A DNA stretch of 64,000 bases from Sphyrna mokarran. Taxonomy: Eukaryota. The notes beneath the pieces were generated by a model. That model did not search any database and had not been told where the DNA came from. It was given only the letters and a program-made list of their open reading frames with translations. Position numbers and translations under genes: made by a program. The stretch covers positions 87,358,001-87,422,000 of the forward strand of contig JAGIQG010000012.1 in the NCBI GenBank assembly GCA_024679065.1, read 5' to 3'. This document shows positions 1 through 12,049 of the stretch, in pieces. The stretch's first letter is position 1, and every line of letters starts with the position of its first letter.

Positions 1-31
1 TATGGAGCAGGGAGCCAGCTCAATGTCATTG
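1..31 (+). CDS. Gene A: 3' end of a V/J-type Ig-domain exon (YGAGSQLNVI, J-like GxG motif); truncated by window start
   Basis: TAT GGA GCA GGG AGC CAG CTC AAT GTC ATT G|GTAAAG gives a J-like G strand with a phase-1 donor, matching the phase-1 TM exon at 5165. It resembles ISGKGTQLNVT|GTAAGT of gene B. Confidence 0.7.
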
Positions 32-312
32 GTAAAGTCAATGCTGAGTGACTGGTGTGTACATGGAATGGAAGGAAGCAGACAGAATGGCAGAGGGCTC
101 ATGCAGGCTTTTGTTCCAGAGATTGGATTAGGTTGGGCTGGTTCAGAAGTCAGGCCTGGAGGGACATCAGTGAGAAACTGAATCACAGAATTGTAGAGGA
201 GACTATTCGGCCCATCATGTCTTCACCATCGCTCTGAGTGCTCCACTCATCTCGCGCCATTCCCCCGCCTTCTCCCTGTAACACTGAACATTTCTCCACT
301 TTAGATAATACC

Positions 313-1130
313 AGGTTAAAGTCCAACACGTTTATTTGGTAGCACAGACACTAGCTTTCAGAACGCTGACCCTTCATCAGGTAAGTGGGAATTCTATTCA
401 TAAACAGGGCATATAAAATCACAAATTCAATTTACAAAGTAATGGTTGGAATGTGAGTCTTTACAGGTAATCAAGTCTTAAAGGGACAGATAATGTGAGT
501 GGAAAGTGGGTTCAGCACAGGTTAAAGAGACGTGTATTGTCTCCAGACAGGACAGTTTGTGAGATTTTGCAAGCCCAGGCAAGTCATGTGGGTTACAGAT
601 AGAGCGACATGAACCCAAGTTCTGTGATTGAGGCTGTCCTCATGTGTGTGGAACTTGGCTATCAGTCTCTGCTCAGTGACTCTGCGCTGTCATTTGTCAT
701 GAAGGCCATCTTGGAGAACGCTTACTCAAAGATCAGAGGCTGAAGTGTTTGCCAACAGGAAGAGAACACTCTTGCCTGGTGATTGTCGAGCGATGTTCAT
801 TCATCTGTTGTTGTAGCGTCTGCGTGGTCTCCCCAATGTACCATGCCTCGGACATCCTTTCCTGCAGCGAAACAGGGAGACAACATTGGCTGGGTTGCAA
901 GTGTATATATCGTGTACCTGGTGGATTGTGTTCTCACGTGAGATGATGGCATCCGTGTCAAACATCCGGCATGTCTTACAGAGGTTGCTGTGGCAGGGTT
1001 GTGTGGTGTTGTATTCACTGTTCTCCTGAAGGTTGGGTAGTTTACTGCGAACAATGGTCTGTTCGAAATTGTGCGATTGTTTGAAGGCAAGAAATAGGGC
1101 TTGTAAAATCTCATGATCTGTCCTGGACCC
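313..1130 (-). mobile_element. Penelope-like element remnant (GIY-YIG region and pLTR with hammerhead motif)
   Basis: Peptide YTCNPANVVSLFRCRKGCP resembles the GIY-YIG ORF at 58430-59077. CTGATGA..GAAAGCT on the - strand at about 353-380. Confidence 0.8.
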
Positions 1131-1336
1131 AAACCACTCACTGTGTGAATCTGTCTCCACCACACTCACAGACAGTGCATTCCAAATCCTCACCACTCGC
1201 TGTGTGAAAATGTTTTTCTTAATTTCGCTTTGATAAATTCCTTTATTTTGATACCCTGTGTTTCTCGATTTCACATTGGGAGCAGTTTCTCCCGATCTCT
1301 CTGTCAGACCTCCAGTGATTTTGAATTTGTGTCAAA

Positions 1337-3572
1337 TTTGAAGAAACGAGACAGGATCTAAAAAGAGTGGATTGGGACAGGCTGTTCTCTGGTAAGGATA
1401 TGATTGGTAAGTGGGAGGCCTTCAAAGGGGAAATTTTGAGAGTGCAGAGTTTGTATGTTCCCGTCAGGATTAAAGGTAAAGTGAATAAGAATAAGGAACC
1501 TTGGTTTTTGAGGGATATTGTAATTCTGATAAAGAAAAAGAGAGAGATGTGTGACATGTATCGGCAACAGGGAACAAATAAGATACTAGAGGAGTTTAAA
1601 AAATGTAAGAAACTATTTAAGAAGGAAATCAGGAGGGCTAAAAGAAAACATAAGGATGCTTTGGCAGTCAAGGTGAAGGATAATCCTAAGAACTTAACTT
1701 CTACAGGTATATTAAGAGAAAAAGGATAGTAAGGGATAAAATTGGTTCTCTTGAAGATCAGAGTGTTCAACATTGTATGAAACCAAAAGAAATGGGGGAG
1801 ATATTAAATGGGTTTTTTGCATCTGTATTTATGAAAGAAACTGGTATGGAGTCTACAGAAATAAGGCAAACAAGTAGGGAGATCATGGAACCTTTACAGA
1901 TTAAAGGGGAGGAGGTGCTTGCTGTCTTGAGGTAAATCAGAGTAGATAAATCCCCAGGAGTGGACAGGGTATTCCCTCAGACCTTGAAGGAGATTAGTGT
2001 TGAAATTGCAGGAGCCCTGGCAGATATATTGAAAATGTCAGTGTCCACGGGTGAGGTGGCAGGTGATTGGAGGGTAGCTCCTGTTGTCCCGTTGTTTAAA
2101 AAAAGGCTCAAAAAGTAATCCAGGAAATTATAGGCTGCTAAATTTGAGATTAGTAATTGGTAAATTATTGGAAGGAGTACTAAGAGATAGAATCTACAAA
2201 TATGGGATATGTTCAGTGCAACTTGTGGACCTCTTTGTGCTGTAGTTTTTCTGTGCTCTATGTTCGATGTTCCAATACTTGGATGGACAGGGACTTACTA
2301 CGAGAGTCAACATGGTTTTGTGCGTGATCGGTCATGTTTAATTGATCTATTAGAGTCTTTCAAGGAGGTTACCAGGAAAGTGGATGAAGGGAAGGCAGTG
2401 GATGTTTACACGGACTTCAATAAGGCCTTTGACAAGGGAGGTTAATTAGGTAGCTTCAGTCACTAGGTATACATGGGAAGGTAGTAAATTAAATTAGACA
2501 TTGGCTCAATGGAAGAAGCCAGAGGGTGGTAGGAGAGGATTGTTCCTCTGAGTGGAGGCCTGGGATTCGTGGTGTGTCACAGGGATCAGTGCTGGGCCCA
2601 TTGTTGTTTGTCATCTATATCAATGATCTGGATGATAATGTGGTAAATTGGATCAGCAAATTTGCTGGTGATGCAACAATTGGAGCGGTAGTGGACAGTG
2701 AGGAAGGTTTTCAAAGCTTGCAGAAAGATTTGGACCGGCTAGAAAAATGGGATAAAAATGGTAGAAGGATTTTAATGCTGACAAGTGTGAGATATTGCAC
2801 TTTGGAAGGACAAACCAAGGTAGAACATAAAAGGTAAATGGTAGGACACTGAAGAGTGCAGTAGAACAGGGGGATCTGGGAATACAGATACACAGTTCCC
2901 TAAAAGTGGCATCACTGGTAGATGGGGGTCATAAAGAGTGCTTTTGGTACATTGGCCTTTATAAATTAAAGTATTTAGTATAAGAGTTGGAATGTTATGG
3001 TGAGGTTGTATAAGACATTAGTGAGGCCGAATTTAGAGTATTGTGTGCAGTTTTGGTCACCTAATTACAGAAAGGATATTAATAAGGTTAAAAGAGTGCA
3101 GAGAAGGTTTACAAGGATGTTGCTGAGACTTGAGAAACTGAGTTACAGAGAAAGGTTGAATAGGTTAGAACTTTATTCCCTGGAGCGTAGAAGAACGAGG
3201 GGAGATTTGATAGAGGTGGATAAAATTATGGTGGGTATAAAGTGAATGCAAGCAGGCTTTTTCCAGTGAGACTAGGGGACAAAAAAACGAGAGGGCATGG
3301 ATTATGGGTGAAGAGGGAAACGTTTAAAGGAATATTCAGGGGGTTCCTCAAACAGAATGGTGGGAGTATGAAATGAGCTGCCAAATAAAGTGGTAAATGC
3401 AGACTCACTTTTAATATTTAAGAAATACTTGGACAGGTACATGGATGAGAGGGGAGTGGAGGGATATGGTCCAGGTGCAGGTCAGTGGGACGAGGCAGAA
3501 AAATGATTCGGCACAGACAAGAAGGGCCAAAGGGCCTCTTTCTGTGCTGTATTGTTCTATGGTTTCATGGTT
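1337..3572 (+). mobile_element. Degenerate CR1 LINE (RT fragments), inserted into an older LINE
   Basis: [12 protein letters not shown](G)D and VRPNLEYCVQFWSP motifs, TTCTATG-type tail, flanked by TCAAAT direct repeats. Absent from the paralogous site at about 34030. Confidence 0.9.
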
Positions 3573-5164
3573 CAAATCTCCTCTCCGCTTTCTCTCTCCC
3601 ATGGAAATCAGTCCTAATTTCTACAATTCTTCTCCAAAGCCCAGGAGACTGTGTGCTTTATTAACTGCTCTCTCCACCTGTTCTATCAGCTTCAATGAAT
3701 TATACATACACACACTCAGCTGCCTCTGTTTCTGCACCCCCTTTAGATTTGTAATCCTGTATTTACATTGTTTCTTGATGTTCTTCCCACCAACATGCAT
3801 CTCCTCACATTTCTCCGGGTCAAACTTTATCTGCCACCTGTCTGCCCATTCTAACATTTTGTCTCTGTCCTATTGAATTTTCAAATAATATTCCTCACAG
3901 TTTCCAATATTCTCAAGTTTCAGATCACCCATAAATGTTGAAATTGTATTCTATACGCTAAGGTCTCGGTCATTCATGTATTTGAGGAAAAGCAAGATCC
4001 CAGCACTCAGCCCTGGGGAACTCCACTACAAATGATGGCTGATGTTGGGCTGCAACTCCATTCGCTGCCTGTTCACCGTACGACCATCAGACCATGAAAT
4101 ATAGGAGTAGAATTAGGCCACTTGGCCCATCGAGTCTGCTCTGCCATTCAATCATGGCTGACAGGATTTTTATCCCCATTCTCCTGCCTTCTCCCCATAA
4201 CCCCAGATCTCATTATTGATCAAAAACCTATCTATTTCTGTCTTAAAGACACTCAATGACCTGGCCTCCTCAGCCCTGTGTGAATATGAGTTTCACAGAT
4301 TCACCACTCTCCGGCTGAAGAAATTCCTTCTCATCTCAGTTTTAAAGGAGTGTTCCTTCACTCTGAGGTTGTGCCCTCGGGTTTCAGTCTCTCCCACCAG
4401 TAGAAACATCCTCACCATGTCCACTCTATCTGGGCCTTTTTTTCATTACATCGACCTTCAGATAACATCAGCGTCCTTTTGTTATATTTTAGACAGACAA
4501 TGTAGGTTCCAAATCAATACTAACTTCAGCACATCGTTGATAGAAGAAATGAACCAAACTTCAAGTTAAATTCATGGGGTTGAAATTGTAGAAGTGCGTC
4601 TGCCAACTCCAGTTAAACACCGTATCTCTGTCACCGTATCTCTGAATTCCTCGACAGAGCAAAATCTCTCTATTCCAGCCTTAAATGTATTTAACAATGG
4701 AGCATCCACACCCCTCTGGGTGCAGCACTGGAGAGATGGTTGCTGAGTTAGTGAGATTTGGTGAGTGTGGACAGGCAGGGGAAGGAGATCATTCCTCATC
4801 CTCCCAACTTCACACAAACAAGCGTTTGGAAGTTCTGGGATTTTTTTGAATGTTCCTCTGTGATTCTTTGGGATTGGTGCAAACTGCCAATGGATCACGG
4901 CTCTCTGCCCTGCTGTACGATTGATCTTTGGGCTCATTTCAGATCCATAAAAAAAGGTAACAATGTTAGAGGAAGAAGCCATTATGTGGCACTGGCCTTT
5001 CATTCCAGGCTGTTAACTTGCCTTGTATGAAAGGGATAATTTTACCCGAATGTGCTGAGCAGAAACTGATGGGAACAGGTTCTGTCTGATTTTATTTCCA
5101 TTCCGGTTGTTCTACATTACTCAAACTGAAACTGTAGTGTGTGTAACATTCTGATATTTTACAG

Positions 5165-5315
5165 AAGAACCATCTTACAATAATCCTTGGACTTCAGATC
5201 CTATTGTGTTAAGCCTGGCTATCATTCTGCCCTTGGTTGTCCTCTTCTGCGTTGTTCTGCTCATAAGTTATCTTGTGATAAAAAGGTTCTGTTCATCAAG
5301 GAACTCCACACCAAG
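5165..5315 (+). CDS. Gene A stalk/transmembrane exon (EEPSYNNPWTSDPIVLSLAIILPLVVLFCVVLLISYLVIKRFCSSRNSTPR)
   Basis: Acceptor ttttacAG and donor GTAAAT, phase 1 to 2. About 25 uncharged hydrophobic residues are followed by KR. Conserved paralogous exon at 35397-35547. Confidence 0.85.
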
Positions 5316-6039
5316 GTAAATATGATTCATCTTGTGTCTGTTACTGTAACTGGACAGGGGCACTATTTTATAACTTGCTGCTTTTAGTGAGGAGTAACTT
5401 TTCCTTTGTAGCGTACAGTTCACGTGGAGTGACCTGCTACTGATGAGAGCCACACATGTCCAGATACTCAACTGGTGCCAGTCATCTCCCACTGTCACAG
5501 CATCACACTTACTCCAGCACTGACCAACAGGCACCTAACTGCTGCTGAGAGTCAGGAAGGATTTAACAGTTAAAGTACAAAACATCACCCTCAGGATATA
5601 AGTGCTGGATAATTCCCCACCTAGCCCACCTAATGAACTCGATCAGAGCGCTGGTTTCATGCCTGTGTCTCGCTAGCTGCACACTCCCTCATGATGCTCA
5701 GACCAAGTGAGAACATTCGAATGGACACTCTGTGTAAGCAGCCTACTTCACTATTACCCTCCCCACAAGGAAACAATCCAATCATATTTACCCATCCTGA
5801 TCAAGCTTCACAACATGCCTTCTGATTTTGGTCAAATTCTTTGTGTTATTGTTAGAGCAAGTTCTGTTTATTTAGGAAATGATTCAGTTGATCTTGTTCA
5901 TCCGTGGAATCTTCCATAAAAAACTCATATGGGAAATCCATATTGAAAAGTCTAAACTGCATCTCCACCCAGAGTGTGAATATTACAGCGCTGTTCTGTG
6001 GTAAAGCTGCAATGAAGCTAATGTGTGGCATTTCTTTAG

Positions 6040-6083
6040 GGTTCCTGATGGAGACCAGAACCCTGTGTACGCAACAGTGGATA
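6040..6083 (+). CDS. Gene A cytoplasmic exon 1 (VPDGDQNPVYATVD)
   Basis: tttctttAG acceptor and GTAAGT donor, phase 2 to 1, open frame with a YxxV motif. Confidence 0.8.
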
Positions 6084-7011
6084 GTAAGTAAACTAATTCA
6101 ATCATTATTGCAAAGTTTGTCAGGAATTATTCTCAATCCCAGATGTCCCTTTGATGCTGATGGATTTGTGATGTAATTAACTTGCTAATAATTTGCCCAA
6201 TTCATTGTCTGATTGACAGAATTTACTGTTAAAGGTTGTAAATCTACATCCTACAGAATGAAGATGGTGGGAGGCTGCCCCCAGCCTTGTAGCTGCACTG
6301 TGAAACACCCCCTCAGTGTGGCAATGCTGCAGCCAGTGGCTCCAAAGAGATAGAAACTTCCAGAAAGGAACAGCCTCCTCTGTGTCACCAGCATGTAGTG
6401 ATCATGCCTTTGTAGATCGAGCACATTGTCCGTTCACAGGGGGATTCCTCGGGATAGAGAAGGTTCAGATCTGACCCAGTAAAGAGTTTAAAGATGGTGA
6501 GGTTTTGATAGAGGGAAAATCTATTCCCTCTGGTGAACGGATCAGTAACCAGCGATCATCGATTTCCAATCACTGGGTAAAGATCTAGAGAGCAGATGGG
6601 GAGAAATGAGAGTTGTCGGGATGTGGAATACTCGAGCTGGGAATGTGGTGGAAGCTGATTCCAGAAATAATTGGAAAAGACAATTGGCCAAGTGCTGGAG
6701 GATAAGGAATTTCCAGGATTGTGAATAAAAAGCAGGAATGTGGGATTAAGGACAATGACTCTATTAATGACCTCGTACAGGCTGAATGGGGCAAATGGCC
6801 TCCTCCTGTTGTGTGAGATTCTAATTTGGATGATGAGTTTTTGAAGACAGTGCAGCTGATGGAGAATAATCCCCACCTCCCCCATTAGCTTCACTCTGAG
6901 AAAACTGCCCAAGGTGACACTGGGATTTTTCTATCCCTCTCATTCCAAGTTTAAAAAGCTCCATCTTTCCGTGGATCTATTCGGAAGTAACATCGTTACG
7001 TTTCCTTTTAG

Positions 7012-7055
7012 ATAAAATCCAGCGCAGCAAACAAGGAGCAGCTTCTTCTGCCTTG
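7012..7055 (+). CDS. Gene A cytoplasmic exon 2 (NKIQRSKQGAASSAL)
   Basis: tttccttttAG acceptor and GTAAGG donor, phase 1 to 0. Paralog at 37244-37287. Confidence 0.78.
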
Positions 7056-8653
7056 GTAAGGGAATGTCATACAGCTGTTGTGTTTTACTGTATTTTTCAT
7101 ACTTCAGCTTTGCAAACTGTTTCCAAAATAAGCAGCACGTTGTATTCCACAGGAGCACCATCCATATTACTGTAAGAATAAATCATTGCAGTGTTACAGA
7201 CAGGAGAGTGAGAATAACCTGCACTGAGTTCCCCACACCACCTGTCTGTCAGCAGACGCACTTGAGAATTCTTTTTGAAGAATGTGGCGGCTTCTTTTCC
7301 AAATCCTTTGGTTTGTGTGAATCAATTTACAAAGAAACTGCAGGAAACTGGAGTTATCATTAACTCCGAAAGTTACATTAAACCTGGAGAAGAATGTTCA
7401 CAACTTCCCACTCCACCACAAGCACACCCTCACACACACCCACACACACCCTCCCTCACACATCCTCGCAAGCACCCTCGCACGCACTCACACATATACC
7501 TTCACATACATCCTCACACATAGACACACTCTGACACATACGCACACATCCTCACACACACAACACACACATACCCCCATGCAGAGACATATAAAGACTT
7601 CCTTATACACTCACACACACCCTCACACACATACATACATACATACACACATTTACCTGACTCTCACACACCCTCATGCGTGCACACATTGAGGGTCTTG
7701 TGTGGTGAATTCATTGTCTTGACTGACTCTAACTCTGCTCAAACGATGAGCTTATCAATTTCAAATGGCCATCCACGTTCCTCTTTTGAACGCTCCTTGG
7801 ACTGGGAGGGTCCAAGCTGTGAGTCTGTTAGCAGCTCTGGGGGTACAATGAGTGTGGATGTGTGAGTTTCCTGGTTTCATGATTACAGGGGGTCAGTAGA
7901 ATGAAATGAGAGATTCCACAGGCTAAGGAAATATATTTTTCCTTGTACCTTCTGGGGACTCTCTAGCACAAAGGGCAAACTATGCAGTCATGTGACTAGT
8001 AGTAGCCATCTTCTTGTTTCAGCAGAGAATCAATTTTTAAAAGATAGCAATAAGGACAAAGTTTGAACGTACTTTCCGTGACTTTGTGCCCGCATTCACC
8101 ATGAGCGCAATCGGCAAAATCTTGTGAAAGCCGGAAATGAGAATCTCAGTGGTGATTTTTGCCACCCCATAGCGATGATGTAATGATGTGCCCGCCCAGA
8201 AAAGAAGCCTCATTTCAATAAATTATATTATTATTAAAAGGGTTCCCTCCTGTCATGTTGGTGAGATTTACAGCAGCTATTGAATGTGAACCGGGTGAAG
8301 GGAACCTGCTGGGGCCACACAGGTAGATTCAGACCCCAGGTGAGGGAGGGGAACATACCAGGTCAGGACCCTGGCATTGCCCCCAGCACTGGAGGGTGCC
8401 TGATCCTCGAGTTGCTGGTGGAGTCGGTGAATCAGGGGTCGCCCCGCCAACAAAATATCGTGGGATTCAGTCTCTGGTTGAGTTTTTTGCGGGACTTTAC
8501 AGCAGAGAAATCTTCTATTGCTGTCAGCGCCTTCAAAACCACTCCTCCTACCCACTATCCCCCCTTCGCGATTTCCTGGGAACCCTCACCCAGCGCCTAT
8601 TACAGAGTCTGGAAAAAAATAATCAAGGATTAGAATGGTACAAAAATAAAGTA

Positions 8654-10968
8654 TAGAACATAGAACATTACAGCACAGAACAGGCCCTTCGGCCTTCGAT
8701 GTTGCGCCGACCAATATAAAAAGCAATGCCCCTCCAAACTAACCATTCCCTTCTCTTCCATATACTTATCAACTAACCTCTTAAACGCCACCAAACTTGG
8801 CGCATCTACAACTGACGCAGGCAGGGCATTCCACTCCCGAACCAACCTTTGGGTAAAGAACCTACCTCTGATATCCGTCCTATAACTATCACCCCTTAAT
8901 TTAAGGCTGTGTCCCCTCGTGCTAGCTTTCTCCATCCTAGGAAAAAGGCTATCACTGTCCACCCTATCTAAACCTCTAATCATCTTATATGTTTCGATAA
9001 GGTCCCCTCTTAGCCGCCTCCTTTCTAATGAAAACACCTCAAATCCCTCAGCCTCTCTTCATAAGACCTGCCCTCCATACCAGGCAACATCCTGGTAAAC
9101 CTCCTCTGTACCCGCTCCAATGCCTCCACATCTTTCTTATAATGTGGGGACCAGAACTGCACACAATACTCCAAGTGCGGCCGCACTAGAGTTTTGTACA
9201 GTTGCAACGTGACGTTGCGGCTCCAAAATTCAATCCCCCTACCAATAAAAGCTAAGACTCCATATGCCTTCTTAACAACCTTATCGCCTTGACTGCCTAC
9301 TTTCAGGGATCTATGCACATATACACCAAGATCCCTCTGTTCATCAACACTATTAAGAATCCTACCATTAGCCCTATACTCTACACATTTATTATTCCTG
9401 CCAAAGTGCATTACTTCACACTTTTCCACATTAAACTCCATTTGCCACCTCTCGGCCCAGCTCTGCAACTTGTCCAAGTCCCTCTGCAAACTATAACACC
9501 CTCTTCACTATCTACCACTCCACCGACTTTAGTGTCATCTGCAAATTTACTAATCCATCCTTCAATACCCTCATCCAGATCATTTATAAAAATTACAAAC
9601 ATCAGGGGCCCCAAAACAGACCCCTGAGGTACACCACTTGTAACCGAACTCCACGATGAATATCTCCCATCAACCACCACCCTCTGTCTTCTATCTGCTA
9701 GCCAATTCCTAATCCAATTAGCTAAATCACCCTCAATCCCATACATCTGCAATTTCTGCAGAAGCCTTCCATGGGGCACCTTATCGAACGCCTTACTAAA
9801 GTCCATATATACCACATCAACTGCCTTACCCCAATCCACCTCTTTGGTCACTTTTTCAAAAAACTCAATAAGGTTAGTAAGGCACGACCTACCCTTCACA
9901 AAACCATGCTGTCTATCCCCAATCAATTCATTTCTCTCTAAATAACTATAAATCCTATCCCTAATAATTCTCTCCAATACTTTGCCCACAACAGCAGTAA
10001 GACTCACTGGCCTATAATTCCCTGGAAGGTCTCTCTTCCCCTTCTTGAACCATGGGACCACATTCGCTATCCTCCAGTCCTCCGGAACCACACCCGTAAC
10101 CAACGACGACCTGAAGATCAGAGCCAGAGGCTCTGCAATCGCCTCTCTTGCCTCCCAGAGAATCCTAGGGTAAATCCCGTCCGGCCCAGGGGACTTATCC
10201 AACTTCACACCCTCAAGAATATCTAGCACATCCTCCCTATCTACTTCAATACTTTCCAGTTTGCAACCCTGTACCTCAGTGTTCTCCACAACTACATTTA
10301 CATCTCCCTGCGTGAATACCGAAGAGAAATATTTATTCAGTGCCTCTCCAATCTCTTCAGGCTCCACTCACAACTTCCCACTGCTGTCTATGACTGGCCC
10401 TAATCTTGTCCTAACCAATCTTCTATTCTTAACATATCTAAAGAAAGCTTTAGGATTCTCCTTGATCCTATCAGCCAAAGTCCTCTCGTGTCCTCTTTTA
10501 GCTCTTCTCAACTTACTCTTTAGCTCCCTCCTGGCTAATCTATAGCTATCCAGTGCACTAACTGAGCCCTCAAGCCTCATCCTGACATAAGCCTCCTTTT
10601 TCCTTTTAACCAGCGAATTAACTTTTTTAGTACACCATGGTTCCCTTACACGACCATTTCCTCCTTGCCTGACAGGGACATACTTATCAAGGACTCGCAG
10701 TAGCTGCTCCTTGAATAAGTTCCACATTTCAGATGTTCCCAGTCCCTGTAGTTTCCTAGTCCAATCTATGCACCCTAATTCTCTCCTGATGGCCTCATAA
10801 TTACCCTTCCCCCAGCTATAACTACTGCCCCCATCTTCATGCCTATCCCTATCCATCACTAAGGTGAACGTAACCGAATTGTGGTCACTATCACCAAAAT
10901 GTTCACTAACTTCCAAGCCTAACACCTGGTCTGGCTCATTGCCCAGCACTAAATCCAATGTAGCCTCC
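8654..10968 (-). mobile_element. Young 5'-truncated CR1 LINE (end of endonuclease and RT; frameshifted)
   Basis: ORFs 10368-10958, 9411-10367, 9025-9489 and 8630-9037 with GDSDH, KSPGPDG, QGSVLGP and FADD; AGAACAT tail repeats. Confidence 0.95.
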
Positions 10969-11079
10969 TATCCAATATTTTCTTATTTATTACCTGGCAA
11001 TATGTTGCACGTACAGAGACACTCTCTCACACATTGCAACATTGAGATTACTCATTGACTTGCATCAGCACCCATTGTA

Positions 11080-11675
11080 AATGTATTTCAGGCAATTGAA
11101 CAAGACATTGGTAAGGCCACAATTGGAATTACAATTCTGGTTACCCTTTCATAGAAAGGATATTATTAAACGAGAAACAATGCAGAAAAGATTTACTAGG
11201 ATGCTACTAGGATTTGATGGCTTGAGTTATAAGGAGAGGCTGGATAGACTGGGATTCTTTTCCTTGGAGCGTAGAAGGCTTGGCGATGATCTTATAGAGA
11301 TCTATAAAATAATGAGGGGCACTGATCAGTTAGATAGTCAGTGTCTTTTCCCAAAGGTAGAGGAGTCTAAAACTCCAAGGCAAAGGTTTAAGGTGAGAGG
11401 GGAGAGACAAAAAGAGTCCAGAGGGGTAATTTTTTCACACAGAGGGTGGTGAGTGTCTGGAACAAGTTGCCAGAGGTAATAGTAGAAGTGAGTGCAATTT
11501 TTTTCTTTTAATAAGCATTTAGACAGTTACATGGATAAGATGGGTACTGAGGGATACGGGCCAAATTCGGGCAATTGGGAAAAGCTTAGTGGTTTAGAAA
11601 AGAAGAGTAGCATGGACAAGTGGGGCTGAAGGGCCTGTTTCCATGTTGTAAACCTTGATGAGTCTATGAATCTAT
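11080..11675 (+). mobile_element. CR1 3' fragment
   Basis: LVRPQLE..FSLERRRL.DDLIE peptide and GAAGGGCCTGTT tail. Confidence 0.85.
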
Positions 11676-11709
11676 AAATTGAAACAGTCTTGCAGCTTCT
11701 ATTCGACAG

Positions 11710-11760
11710 GGTTCTGTGGTCAGTAGTGAATTTAGCTACATATTTCCTGTGGGTTTCTGT
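11710..11760 (+). CDS. Candidate additional gene A cytoplasmic exon (GSVVSSEFSYIFPVGFC)
   Basis: cttctattcgacAG acceptor and GTGAGT donor, phase 0 to 0, so it fits between 7055 and 15713. It lies in non-repeat sequence but has no paralog or transcript support. Confidence 0.35.
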
Positions 11761-12049
11761 GTGAGTTGAGAGCTACTCTGGTCACTTTGCTGTTATGTCT
11801 ATTCTGGTCACTTTGCTGTTATGTCTGGCCCATATTCGAATCATCGAATCATTCAGTGCAGAAGAGGCCCTTCGGCCCATCAAGTCTACATCAACCCATG
11901 AGAAACAGCTTGGTACACTATCCAAGGTTCCTGAACATGAAGCTGCTCTTCAAATTGTGTGCAGTCTGTGAAAACTCTCGGCAAGTCTCGTGTTTTCATT
12001 CTGAACCAAACACCAAGTTATTGAGAATGTCGTTAGTTCCCTTTCTGTG

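Larger units (their letters stand above)
3575..7400 (+). repeat. Segmental duplication block 1 (copy at about 34030-37630)
   Basis: Several ORF-track peptides are identical (4216/34448, 4572/34804, 4758/34990). Offset is 30232 bp in the exon region. About 99% identical from roughly 4140 onward. Confidence 0.95.

Noticed and set aside
4216-7523. ORF-track peptides repeated at 34448-37980 as conserved genes
   Set aside because: Their identity only reflects recent duplication. They are LINE antisense or intronic frames, and the real exons are in other frames.
8280-8633. 117-aa ORF in unique sequence
   Set aside because: No recognisable domain, a GTG start and no convincing splice context.
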